From Tubulanus polymorphus (taxonomy: Eukaryota > Animalia > Nemertea): a stretch of 64,000 bases of DNA. The notes beneath the pieces were generated by a model that was not told where the DNA came from, did no database searches, and was given only the letters and a program-made list of their open reading frames with translations. Shown one piece after another: positions 1-11,747 of the stretch (positions are counted from its first letter, which is position 1; each line of letters begins with the position of its first letter). The translations under genes and the position numbers were made by a program. The DNA lies in assembly GCF_964204645.1 (NCBI RefSeq), contig NC_134032.1, positions 13,752,275 to 13,816,274 on the forward strand, written 5' to 3'.

Positions 1-137
1 GTTCAGCTGCCAATGCATTCTGTTCCTAATAAGACTTCTATCAGGTAGTTACTACCAAAACTGACTGAGCTAGGCCACCCAGAATGCTCTCAAGTCAGTT
101 TGAAATAGACATTGGCCGTTATTCTCAAACAAACGGT

Positions 138-352
138 GGTCAAAGTGCAGATCCGCACCTCTCGTGATTGAAGCAATCTGCTGAATGACAGAATCCAGGC
201 TAAAATCTTTCTACTCTCTCTAGTGAAGATATCTTAAAATTAGCCGATGGCAATGTACTGAATTGCTGATGACATTTTGAATCTGAAACAATGATATTTC
301 GTGTAATTGATTGAACCGTTTACGCGGAGAGGTGCGGATCTGCACTTTTACC
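138..352. mobile_element. Non-autonomous TIR element (MITE), Merlin-like
   Basis: ~26-bp TIR GGTCAAAGTGCAGATCCGCACCTCTC / GAGAGGTGCGGATCTGCACTTTTACC. Perfect 8-bp direct repeat CAAACGGT at 130-137 and 353-360. GG termini plus an 8-bp TSD fit Merlin; the superfamily is inferred. Confidence 0.8.
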
Positions 353-549
353 CAAACGGTTGTAGGGAACCCGTAACAATAACTGGTATTCAGACTTCAT
401 ACCCGTCTTAATGGGACCAGTGGGCAGTTGAGTTAAAGCATCGATTTTCAATCCATTTTACACACTGTATTTAAGGATTGCCAAAATATCTTGTTGAAAT
501 ATGTGGTGGCTTTTTTGAGATTTTACCTGTGACCGTTTGAATATTTCAG

Positions 550-1438
550 GAAAGACGCGAATAAATCGCCCGCTGCGAAAAAACCGATCACAATCGCGTC
601 GAAATCATCGGAACCGGAGCGAAAAAAACTGAAAATCAAATTGACACCGACGACGCCGAAACAACAACCGACTGCGGCGAGCGAGGATTCGGGTAAAAAA
701 TCGGCCGAGAAAAAAACGACGAAGAAAGTTAAATTGAATAAAGACGGTACGCCTAAAGTGCGCGGGGCAGAGGGCGCCGCGTGTTCGAATTTGAAATGTA
801 GTATAGCGCCGACGTGTGGAGCAGCAGCCGTTCCTAGGTATCTATCTCTCCATCGATCTATCTCCCTCTCTTCCATATCTCTGATTTGAATGTGATGATT
901 ATATTTCCGTTGTTGTTTTAGTTGTTGTGGAAGTGGAAAGACGTCTCGATGGTATCACATCTCGTCCACCGATCATTATTGTAACATGTGTTTCGAGTAT
1001 TTCTACCGACCGTAAGTCTCTTCAGCGTCAAATTGAAATTTTACGTGAAATCTTTTTCTGCTCGATTGATCTGATAAAGACCATGCTCGATTCAATATGG
1101 CCGCTTTAATATTGAATGGGTAGAAAATCGAGGTTGGGTGTAACAAATTTGACTACGACTTCTATTTGAGAGTCTGTATAAGAGGTCCAGACATCAAACT
1201 GCTCCCAAAAAATACAAATATGAGACCTGGGACCAGTTGCTCAAAAGTTGGTTAGAGTTAACCATTGGATAGTTGACATAGTGACAATTAAAAGTTCATT
1301 GTTACTTTGGTATTTATCTGCCGGTTATCTTTAACCAACTTTTGAGCAACCGGCCCCAGTAGTACTTTATAGGTTAACCATGTATGGAAAGTGTGTAGTA
1401 GCTTCAGCAGGTGATGAAAAGCTACTACAGTAGAACCT

Positions 1439-1478
<40 letters not shown>

Positions 1479-4400
1479 GTAATAATAATAAACACGAATT
1501 TGTAAAGCGCCTCTTTCCCTGTGTACAAAGTTCAGCTGTGCTGTCAAACCTGATTATTATTACCCAGCTTCTGTTACCATTCCATAGCAGTCTTACTCTC
1601 TCTGGGGAGATACAACACCGATCAGCAAATCACGATCAGGCGTCGTCAGCCGGTAGCAAGTGTGAATTAATGCCTTGCCTAAGGACACTACAGCATAGCC
1701 GGGGTTCGAACACTGGACATCTCGATTGAGAAGGCAACGCCTTTAACCTTTAGGCCATGCCACTCCACTATAACCAACTCGGATACAACGATTCATCGGA
1801 TTCTAACAAATATGAAATTTCGTCCTTAGTAAGACTAATTTCATACTGGATATAACGAACGTATCGGTTATAGCGAACATATTTTCTGGTCCTGTAAAGT
1901 TCGATGTAACGAGGTACAACTACACTAATACTATGGGTCTAGTTCCACAGTTCTGAGTTAGGATTTGACCCTGGGTTAAAACATTGAAAGTGAACTAACT
2001 TTAACTCAGAGTTAACTCTAACTCACAACTGTGGAACTGGGTCCTGGTAGTGTCTGAACTTAGTACTATTCGTCTGGTTGTATTTTTTGTAGGAATAAAC
2101 GTGGTTATCAGGAGTATCTAGACTGGGTTCAGTTGTGGTGTAAAACGGCTAAGGCCGACGCTTCGCTTCGTATGTACATGACCGATCAGTTACTGTTAGA
2201 ATGGATCCGCTGTACGCGCTGTAACAAGTGGCGCCGTCTGTCTAAACATAACGAACTAACCGAGCAGTTGATTCGTACGTACGTCTGTGAGGAACCGGAG
2301 AGGCAGGCGGGCGCTAAAACAACGGATTCATCACCGTGTGATACTCCGGAAAGCAAGGTAAGGAGAGTCAGGGGCAGGTGTACATATTATAGGAGTCAGC
2401 GGAAGGTGTACATATTGGAGTCAGGGGAAGGTGTATATATTATTGGAGTCAGGGGAAGGTGTACATATTATTGGAGTCAGGGGAAGGTGTATATATTATT
2501 GGAGTTAAAAGGTGTTATGTTATCAGCTTGGCAGGGTTTAGTGTTTAGTCTGAGCAGGTTCTGTAAAGAATCGGGGGAAAGGTGTACAGAGAGTCAGGCG
2601 ATGGTGTAAATTGATGTAATTATCTGTATATTTTCAGTTTGTGCAATATTGTAAGGAACCCAGTTGGTTGAAGGGGTTGAATTTACCGTTACTTCTACAC
2701 TATTCGCCGGCAGCGCCGTTCGTTACTAGCTACAAACCGGATCTAATTGGACTCAGTGCGACGTCTAATAACTATACCACCGCGCTGAAAAATGGTCACT
2801 TAACCAAAGGTACGTATGAGGGTGTATCATACAGTAAAACCTCCCTTTGTGAACACCTCCTGTTGTAAAAACTCTCTTTGCCTGGCACCAAATTTTCCTT
2901 AATCATTTTCAATAGAGCAGAACCTCCATTTAATGAACAGTGAACACCAATTTCTAGTACCACATGTGCATTTTACGTACCGGCACCTCTCTATAGTGAA
3001 CAGTGGCGGTCCCATTCCAGAATGTCTACACCGTTAAAATTTGTGAATAGCTAAGGCTATCAGTATAGGTGTCATATACCATATGTGCATAACTGATGGT
3101 CATTTCTGTTTCTGTATCAACAGTTGTGAGTTTGTCCTGATGAGGCACTTGGCAACGAGGAGGAGAACCGTTAATCAAATTACATGGTTCCCACAGAACA
3201 GGGAAATTGGGAAAACCTTTGGGAATTTTGAAATAATAATTCCCAATTTGGGAATTTGAGAAATTTTCCTCAAATTAGGGAAATTCATTTACTTTTCACG
3301 TATTGCATTTGGCAAGAGCAACTTACTTCAGCGATTTCCTTTGAAAATCACCATTACCAACCAGTCACCGCTAAAATGTTGACTAAGATGATGGTATCTG
3401 TTCGTTTTATGAAGGTCTGATTTTCCATTTGGGAAAATTGAAAAATCACCTGTGAAATACTTGGGAAAAACCTGGGAATTTTAATTGATGTAACCGTGGG
3501 AACCATGAAATTAATCATTCTTACTGAATAGCGTCGAGTGACGTGGATATTAACCACTGAAATGTTGTCTATTTTTAGAATCGGGATTAAGTCCGTATTT
3601 CAAACCGTTTAACAAAGAGAACGAAACGGAGAAAGCTTTACGTTTAAAACCCGATAAACTTCACATAGAGGAATTGATGGAGTTTCCCGAGTACGAGAAA
3701 TATCCGACCGTATACCTCGGCGTACGTAATTTAGTGTTATCCCTCTGGAATCTGAACTGTAAGGTAAGTTAGTTGTCGAGTCCACTCTCTTATGATTTAT
3801 CTGTCAATCATTAGTTTTGTCATCAATAGTTCCGTCAATAGTCTCATGGTATAGTCTCAGGGAATAGCAAATCATAGTGGCCACCCCATGGTTGTGTCAT
3901 GTGCTGTCATTCATTTTGAAGCTCCACCCACTTGTCGTCCAGAACTGCTGCCAACAGTTCCTGATTTTCAGTTTTTGTTATTATTATTTTGTTACATCGA
4001 CAAGAAATACTGATTTGTTTGATGCGTACAGAAATATGAAAGATGTTACTGAGGGTCTTAATGTTGATTACTGATTAATTTGAACAGAAATATGAAACAT
4101 GTTACTGAGGGTCTTACTGTTGATTACTGATTAATTTGAACAGAAATATGAAACATGTTACTGAGGGTCTTACTGTTGATTACTGATTAATCTGAACATT
4201 TTCATTCATTTACTGAAAAAGATTTAATTTATTACATATAGCACTTTTCAGAGGTCGGCAGCCATGCAATTATTGGTATGGTTAGCTCTACCATGTGTCA
4301 TTCATTATTAAGCTCCGCCCACTGGTTGTATTTGTAGGAGTGGTTAACGGCCGAGGCGTGTGAACCGTATCTGATTTGCGGCGGTACCGTGCGTATTCAC

Positions 4401-7400
4401 GTGTGTACGATACTGTTAGAGCGTATTGTACGATACCTCACGTATCGAGGTATCATCAATACGGGCGTGTTGATACCGCCGTCGTCGTGGTCACCGGTAT
4501 TAACCGCAGATACGAGAAAGCGCCACCGTGTGGTGATAATCGGAGCCGGTGCGGCGGGACTCGGAGCCGCAAGACATTTACAGAATTTAGGAGCCGAGGT
4601 AAAACATTTGATTTAGAGATGGATATTTAATTTGATTTAGAGATGGATATTTAATTTGATTTAGAGATGGATATTTAATTTGATTTAGAGATGGGTATTT
4701 AATTTGATTTAGAGATGGGTATTTAATTTGATTTAGAGATGGGTATTTAATTTGATTTAGAGATGGATATTTAATTTGATTTAGAGATGGATATTTAATT
4801 TGATTTAGAGATGGGTATTTAATTTGATTTAGAGATGGATATTTAATTTGATTTGGAGATTTGATTTCTGGAGATTATTTAATTTGATTTCAAGATGGAA
4901 ATTTAATTTGATTTAGAGATGGATATTTGATTTGATTTAGAGATGGATATTTAATTTGATTCAGAGATGGATATTTAATTTGATTTAGAGATGAATATTT
5001 GATTCTCTGCATTGATTCTCTGTGAAGAAAAACACAACACATGAGGTGGAATTTTTGAAATTTTCAAATCATCTCCAGGGCCCAGTTTCATGAAAAAGCG
5101 TAAACCTAAAACGGTTTAGTTTGAATTGTCGTCCTCATTGAAGACATTAAGTAGCCAATAACGATTACACCAAAAATTTGTATTAAACTTTTTTATGAAA
5201 CCCAGCGTTTACAGGTATCAATCAATCAGCACTGAAAGGGTTAATTTTTCTATTGATGTTGCAGGTGCTGGTGTTGGAGGCACAGGATCGAATCGGAGGA
5301 CGAGTTCACGACGATCAATCGCTCGGAGTCTGCGTCGGACGTGGAGCTCAAATAATCATCTGTTGCATTAATAATCCATTCTCAATGATGACCGAACAGG
5401 TAATTATCATTATATCTACTGCGGCAAGTGAGGATCCACCAGGTGGTGCTAGTGTGCAGTAGGACATTAGAAGCCTTTTTATGAACCAGCATAATCAGAA
5501 TAGATTAGCTATTTAGATTATATAGCCGATTAGTATCAATTATCATAACCGGCTATGTTGGTTGATAAAAACACGAGGTAGAAATTATCCAATTATGGTG
5601 CACTCAGCAGCAACTCACTACGGAGAACACCATCTTGGTTGGATTAGATAATCGGCATGCTTGCTCGCCGAGCGAGTATGCTGGGTATGCTAATCGATTA
5701 TGATAACCAATGTTCATAAAAATGACAGATTATGACATAATCCATGCTCATAAAAACGTTTGCATAATCGTGTACACTAATCGAGTGTTCATAAAAAGGC
5801 CTCAACTACTGTGGAAATAGAGGATTTTACTTGTAGATAGTGAAGATCCACCAGGTGTCGCTAGTGTGCAGTAGGACATCAACTACTGCGGCATTTGAGG
5901 ATTCCACTTGTGTCAGGTGGCGCTGATAGTCTTCAATTTCTTCTACATTGCAAATTAATTAAATCAAACCAAAGATTGTCACGAGTGTTAAACCAACCGT
6001 CAGTCACCCCATCTGGTGTTACTGACACCAATTAAACCAATTAATTCTAGGTTGAAAGATAACTAGTTTGTAATTGATGTAATTGTTTGTAGTTGGATTT
6101 ACCGATGAAACATATCCGCGAGAAATGCGATCTGATCGATGACAAAGGGAACGTGGTCGGCGATACGATCGATCGACGAGTTGATTTCCATTTCAACGCC
6201 ATGTTAGACATCGTCGCCGATTGGAGGAGAGATAAACGTTTAAACGATGATTCAAATCTTTACGGTGATTATAACCTTTAATCATTACCTTCGTTAATCA
6301 ATGACTATATATTTGATAAACCTTAATCCATTAATTGTTTGTTTCATCGATCAGATAAAATTGAAGAGATGCATAAAGATTTCCTATCAGAATCGCAGTT
6401 GAGTTTCTCAGAGGTGAGTTTCTTCTTATTGGAGTCAGGGAAAGGTGTACATATTATTGGAGTACCTACTTGCCCTGATGAGAATATACTTGTCCCGGGC
6501 AATAGGACACGTGCTTAGATCGGACCCTGTGTCATCTTTATTTTAACTCTTTGTAGGAAGAGCGTCAACTGTTTCAGTTTCACATCGGTAATTTAGAATA
6601 CGCGTGCGGCACCGACTTGCACAACGTCTCCGCGATTCACTGGGATCAGAACGAAAGGTATCCGCAGTTCACCGGCGAACACGTTTTACTCGTTAACGGA
6701 TACTCGCCGATACTCGATAAACTCGCCGCCGAGATCAACATCGAACGCGGGTGCCGAGTAACCGATATCGATTATACCGGCTCTGTTACCGTAGTAACGA
6801 CAGCAGACGGCAAAGAATATAAAGCAGACAAGGTAAAAGATTCATCGGTATTCAGGTTCCCTACGACTCCTTGGTTCCTTTAAAACTCTGTCAGACAGAA
6901 AATACTTTCAGCGGTCCTTTCAAGTACTTCTTTGTCCTTCTTATGGAAAAGGTTTGGGCAAACATCATCTTTGTCCTTCTTGGAGTAATTTGCAAAAGAA
7001 AATGGTCCGCGAAAAATACATAAAAATGAAATTTGGAAGAACTTTTTCATCTTAAGGAAGGACTTGCGATCATAAAGAAGGAATTTGTGAAGTACCGCTG
7101 GAAACCCTGAGGGTGCTTGAAACTCCTTTGAATTTAACAAAATGCTCGAGACTCCTTCAATTTTGAGAAATAGGCAGTTAGAAATGTTTGTCATTTTTGT
7201 AATTGTACAGTAGACTTCGCCAAAATCTGTTCAGTTGAGATCAGGATTATTTTCAATACCCAATTAGGCGGTTACCAAATTAGAAAACGAGTTAATTGTG
7301 TAAAGGATAAAAATTTGGTTATGAAAGCTCTGAATTCTGAAAATTACTGAGATAGAGTACTGATTTAGGAGGAGTGATGAAAGTGATGCAAACTCTTCTC

Positions 7401-10381
7401 TAAATTTCGAAATTTTCTCCTTGAAAACTCCTTATATCCAGGAATGACTGATCTGTATAGATACTAAACACTAGAAACTGTTTATCTATTGTTGTTGTAA
7501 TTATTAGGTGTTAGTGACGGTTCCCGTGACGATACTGAAACAACGAATGATTAAATTCAATCCCGAACTACCGAAACATAAACTGAAGGCTATTGATCAG
7601 ATTGGAGCTGGAATTATCGAGAAGGTAATAAGATAGCGTCAGCCCTGGAGAAATTTGGGGAGATTGGGTGTTGGACCCTAATACTCGGGAGAAGGGGTTA
7701 CCGTCCTTGAGGATCAAGGACAAATCTAGGAATTTGGGATTTAAAAAAAACTGGGAATTTTTTTTTTTGTTCGTCGGGGTTTTGTTTTTTTATAACATGG
7801 AAAAATCAGGGAAAGTTTTGAATTTTTGAATGGGAGGTAAAAGTGGCGCCGTCCTGTGATAGCTGTAGTTGTGTATGTATTATTTATTTCAGGTCGGGTT
7901 ACAGTTCAGTAAGAGATTCTGGACGGTGAAAGACGGCGATTTCTTCGGTTATTTACAATCGCAGCAGTCTCATCGCGGTCTGTTCAACGTGTTCTGGGAT
8001 TTAACTCCGAAGGTAACTGTCTAGAGAATATTCAAACACGGTCCCTACAACTCTTTGATCACTTTCAATTAAACTCCCTTCTTAACTGACAATGCTTTAT
8101 TAATTAAAATGTGCTTGAATCTCCTGTTGTTTGAGTAAAATGCCTGAAACTCCTTTGAAACTCGGTCAATTTTGAGAAATAGGCGAAATACGTAACTCAT
8201 TTTTTACTCGATGATTTTGTCTCTGAGAGTTTCTGAGATGTTGATTTGTTGTATTTTTAGGATTGTAAATCGTTTTTGTCTCTGAGAGTTTCTGAGATGT
8301 TGATTTGTTGTGTTTTTAGGATTGTAAATCGTTTTTGTCTCTGAAAGTTTCTGAGATGTTGATTTGTTGTATTTATAGGATTGTAAATCGTTTTTGTCTC
8401 TGAGGATTTCTGACATGTTGATGTATTGTATTTTTAGGATTGTAAATCGTTTTTGTCTCTGAGAGTTTCTGAGATGTTGATGTGTTGTATTTTTAGGATT
8501 GTAAATCGTTTGTATTGATGACGTACATCAGCGGTTCAGCGGTTCAGTTCATCAAAGATAAAACCGACGCGGAGGTCATCGAACTGTGTATGAAAACTTT
8601 ACAGTCGATGTTCCCAAAACAGGTCGGTGTATATTTTATTGAATGCAGATGATAACATGAAAATTGTCCACGTATTTTTGCAACTTTAGGGCAAAAGGGC
8701 ATTTTATGAATGTCCAAAAAGGCAATATTTAGAGTAATCCTGCACTGGAATGCACCAGTGTTATCTTCGTTGAAAAAGGGTACTAAAAATCGGATGCATG
8801 GTTCCCACAAACCTGTTCCCGAAACTGGTCGGTGTATTTTATTGGACGCAAATGATAACTTAAAAATGTCCACGTATTTTCGCAACTTGTTTTAAAGTCC
8901 CAAAAGGGCACTTTCTGTCAATGTCCAAAAAGGCAATATAATACTGAAATACACTGGTGTCATCTTCACTAAAAATCGGATGCATGGTTCCCACAGAACG
9001 GGGAAATTGGGAATTTTGAGATAATAATTCCCAGTTTGGAAATATTTGGGAATTTGAGAAATTTTCCTCAAAACAGGGAAACATTTAAGAAATTCATTTA
9101 CATTTCACATATTGCATTTGCCAAGTGCATCTTTCATCAGCGAATTCCCTTGAAAATCATCTTTATCGACCAGTCACCGCTAAAATGTTGACTGAAGCAT
9201 GAATGGTATCTGTTCATTTCCATTTGGGAAAATTGAAAAATTACCCAAGAAATACCTGGGAATTTTGGAACCTGGGAACCATGTGGATGACTTGTAGAAG
9301 TCACGTAAGTCCCCCTGGACCTGTTTCCACTGTTTCATCAGTTATTTCTGATTCACAGAAAGTTCCCGAACCGTCGCAGTATTTCGTAACTCATTGGAGA
9401 TCCGATTCCGACAGCCAGATGGCGTACAGCTACATTCCCGTCGGGCAGACGGGTGAAATTTATGACGATATCGGCGAGCAGATCGAGGATAAGATTTACT
9501 TCGCTGGAGAGGTTAGTGTTTCTTGAGGGTGCCAGGCTAGAAGTCTCTACAGTACGAAGGGGTGTTGCAGAAGAACAATGGGTCAACAGGCAACTCCAGG
9601 ATTCCACTTATGGCAAGCGAGTTACTCTGGCTTTCACGTTCAATTTTTTTTCTAGCTTTCTTTAAATGAATTAAGGATGAAACGATACCAATCAATGAGT
9701 GGAATAATGAATTCAATGTAAATTCAAGGGAATATATATTTGACGGGTCCAGTGATAATATATGGATTCGAGAGCCTGAAAATTCTGTTCAAAATTGATT
9801 GATAAAGCTAAACAAAAATGAAACCTTGTTTCTCCGAAGCGGTCTTGTAATTTTTGTAGATATGATAGAATTTGTAATCAGTTCATTTCTATGGCGGCCG
9901 GGTCTGTTATTCTAAAATAAATCATGATTTGCAAAAATTAATGTACAGGGCAAATAGGCAACCGGCCGGGTCAACTTTAAAAGTGGACAGAGCGGAGAAA
10001 CAAGATATCAAATTTGTTTAGCCTTATGAACCAATTGCTCATCACGCTGGGCGAAATTCGGTTTTCGTATCTAGTCGACTAATGGCCGGAACTAATAACC
10101 AAATGCGCTTGATTTTCGAACTATTTCCGGAATATGGTTCCGACTATCGGACATTCGGTTTCCTTTAGTTCGACTATAGTCGACTAACTCGGATAACCGA
10201 AGGTGGCCCTATCTGGCGGTGCTTAGTTAATTGTGATTTTCTTGATTTTATCTTCAAGGCTACAAATCGTCAGTTCCCGCAGACAGTCACTGGAGCGTAC
10301 CTAAGCGGAATCAGAGAGGCCATCAAAATCACCGAGACGTTACAACGACTCCAAGAACAACCCACCAAACCTACCGGATAG
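550..10381 (+). CDS. KDM1B: Lysine-specific histone demethylase 1B (LSD2/AOF1), 5'-partial, 15 exons in window
   Basis: Exons 550-837, 922-1011, 2093-2357, 2638-2809, 3579-3763, 4338-4598, 5265-5399, 6093-6264, 6355-6413, 6557-6832, 7508-7624, 7893-8012, 8497-8622, 9359-9511, 10259-10381 (TAG). All are GT-AG and frame-consistent. The product has the LSD2-specific zinc finger ([23 protein letters not shown]), zf-CW ([13 protein letters not shown]), SWIRM ([23 protein letters not shown]), FAD motif [24 protein letters not shown], the catalytic Lys in GAGIIEK, and [25 protein letters not shown]. No start codon in the window. Confidence 0.95.
1230..1356. mobile_element. PIF/Harbinger-like MITE
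   Basis: TIR GGACCAGTTGCTCAAAAGTTGGTTA / TAACCAACTTTTGAGCAACCGGCCC, flanked by CTG/CAG. Confidence 0.7.
1428..1921. mobile_element. Tigger/pogo-like MITE split by a SINE insertion
   Basis: TA-CAGTAGAACCT left end. 1770-1921 matches (reverse orientation) the intact copy at 30976-31150. The interval 1439-1768 is a foreign insert. Confidence 0.65.
1439..1768 (-). mobile_element. tRNA-derived SINE with CORE-like central domain and L2-like (TTA)n tail
   Basis: On the - strand: A box TGGCCTAAAGG, B box GTTCGAACC, then GTGTCCTTAGGCAAGGCATTAA (resembles the CORE/MIR GTGACCTTGGGCAAGTCACTTAA block), 3' end GGCGCTTTACAAAT...(TTA)n. Confidence 0.75.
1935..2044. mobile_element. Harbinger-like palindromic MITE
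   Basis: Ends GGGTCTAGTTCCACAGTT / AACTGTGGAACTGGGTCC. Related copies at ~29950-30053, 34521-36070 and ~59845-59946. Confidence 0.65.
2362..2506 (+). repeat. ~28-bp intronic minisatellite
   Basis: About 5 copies of GGAGTCAGGGGAAGGTGTACATATTATT starting right after the donor at 2357; a single copy also at ~6430. Confidence 0.85.
3183..3507. mobile_element. MITE with CATGGTTCCCAC TIRs and 6-bp TSD
   Basis: 12-bp perfect TIR CATGGTTCCCAC/GTGGGAACCATG, flanked by AAATTA on both sides. Second copy at 8983-9283. Confidence 0.8.
4028..4198 (+). repeat. ~56-bp tandem repeat x3
   Basis: ACAGAAATATGAAACATGTTACTGAGGGTCTTACTGTTGATTACTGATTAATTTGA repeated three times. Confidence 0.85.
4606..5003 (+). 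repeat. ~24-bp AT-rich minisatellite (~16 copies)
   Basis: Unit ATTTGATTTAGAGATGGATATTTA begins 7 nt after the exon donor at 4598. Confidence 0.9.
5416..5925 (+). repeat. Dispersed repeat carrying a CTCF-like motif, interrupted by a MITE (5470-5803)
   Basis: Unit CTACTGCGGCAAGTGAGGATCCACCAGGTG(G/T)(T/C)GCTAGTGTGCAGTAGGACATCAA, also present at ~18140-18300. The nested element has TIRs GAAGCCTTTTTATGAAC / GTTCATAAAAAGGCCTC. Confidence 0.7.
8213..8511 (+). repeat. 59-bp tandem repeat containing five copies of the KDM1B exon 3' splice site
   Basis: TTTTAG|GATTGTAAATCGTTT recurs with the AG ending at 8260, 8319, 8378, 8437 and 8496. Confidence 0.9.
8983..9283. mobile_element. MITE, same family as 3183-3507
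   Basis: CATGGTTCCCA...TGGGAACCATG with similar internal sequence; flanks CGGATG/TGGATG (6-bp TSD, 1 mismatch). Confidence 0.75.
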
Positions 10382-10919
10382 GGAAAAACCTACAGCCTTA
10401 ACAGCAGAAAGAAACAGAGCCTGATTGAATCGTAGGGCGACCTACTGGATACCTAGACGATAGGGCTGAGCAGACTAAGGGATACACCTACTCACTGGAT
10501 GGGAAGAGGACCAGATCGGCAGAATTCGACAACCTGGCTAGCAGCCTAAATTTTTTTCGTTTATTCTCGTGAGTCTTTAAGCCTCAGGGGCCAGGTCGCG
10601 CAGTCATGACATTAGTCAACTATTCTCTTAAATCCTGTTTTTGAGTTGTTTAATTGCCGCCTGGTTCCAGATCTGTTAAACATTATATTTCTTTTATTTG
10701 TTGGTTTACAACATGTGAATATTCATGGAATATTCATGGAGATATATATTTCATTTACAATTCACATTATTAACATTGTATTCATTTGATTCAATGCAAA
10801 AATGATGTCGTCGCGCGTCGTGTGTTTTATTGCTATTATTCAGGAGAATTTGCTCACATTATTTTTATCAATATTTTCTGTATCATTTATATCAGTTTAT
10901 ATACAAAACACTAATTGTA

Positions 10920-10929
10920 AATAAATAAA
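10920..10929 (+). terminator. Candidate KDM1B polyadenylation signal
   Basis: Overlapping AATAAATAAA ~540 nt after the stop codon, followed by a GT/T-rich tract. Confidence 0.55.
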
Positions 10930-11657
10930 TTTATGATCAACTGCATATGATAACGTATTTGTGATTTTTATTTAGGAAGTTTCCAGGAATCGGTTGCAGC
11001 CCTCAAGGCTGGACTCATATAATACTAGAAAGTAACTAGTTTGGGGTTATGAGGCACTCCACTGTCTTAAAGTTTGGTATCAGTGGTTTGTAGCAACTCG
11101 GCTAAATGCTAATTTTGGAGGAAGGCCCTGGGTTTCCAGCGGTCCTTCCAAGTCCTTTTGGAAAAACTTTACACAAACATCACCTTTGTCCTTTTTTACT
11201 CTTAAGTCCTTCCTTTTGATAAAAACGTCTTCCAAATTTGATTTTTATGTATTTTTCGCACGAAATTTTGTCACAAATTCAACTGTTGAAGTAATACTAC
11301 TAAAAGGGCTCTTTAAGTCAGGCCTGTTAATTCAATTGTCAGTAAGATTGAATTAGCGTAAAAATAATTTTTTTAAATAATCTTTGGAGAGGATTTTCAC
11401 TGTTTTTCAATGGCTTTGTTTCTTTGCAAAGACCTGAGGGTAAAGCGTTACTTCATCCAAGTTTGTCAAATTTGTAGTAAAAAATTGCCAGCAATATTTT
11501 GATCGTCACGTGCTGCCCCTATGTATGGCGATAGCGGTGAACGTGCGAACTAACTTGATAGAGCACAATTCCTACTGCGGCATGTGAGTAATAAATTAGT
11601 TCACAAATTCACCAACAACGATCTGTATAGAGGCAGCACTTGACGGTTATGATTCAT

Positions 11658-11694
11658 CCCTCGATAGCTCAGTTGGTAGAGCGGAGGACTGTAG
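11658..11694 (+). pseudogene. Orphan 5' exon of tRNA-Tyr(GTA); no 3' exon
   Basis: CCCTCGATAGCTCAGTTGGTAGAGCGGAGGACTGTAG matches the conserved metazoan tRNA-Tyr 5' exon up to the canonical 37/38 intron position. The expected 3' exon (ATCCTTAGGTCGCTGGTTCGAATCCGGCTCGAGGG-like) is not found downstream. Confidence 0.8.
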
Positions 11695-11747
11695 ATTCAG
11701 ACTAAAGTTTGCGATTAGTTCTTTTCCTAGGATATAAAGAGCCACGA

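Noticed and set aside
838-921. U12-type intron (donor GTATCT)
   Set aside because: The donor is not GTATCCTT and there is no TCCTTAAC branch site; treated as U2.
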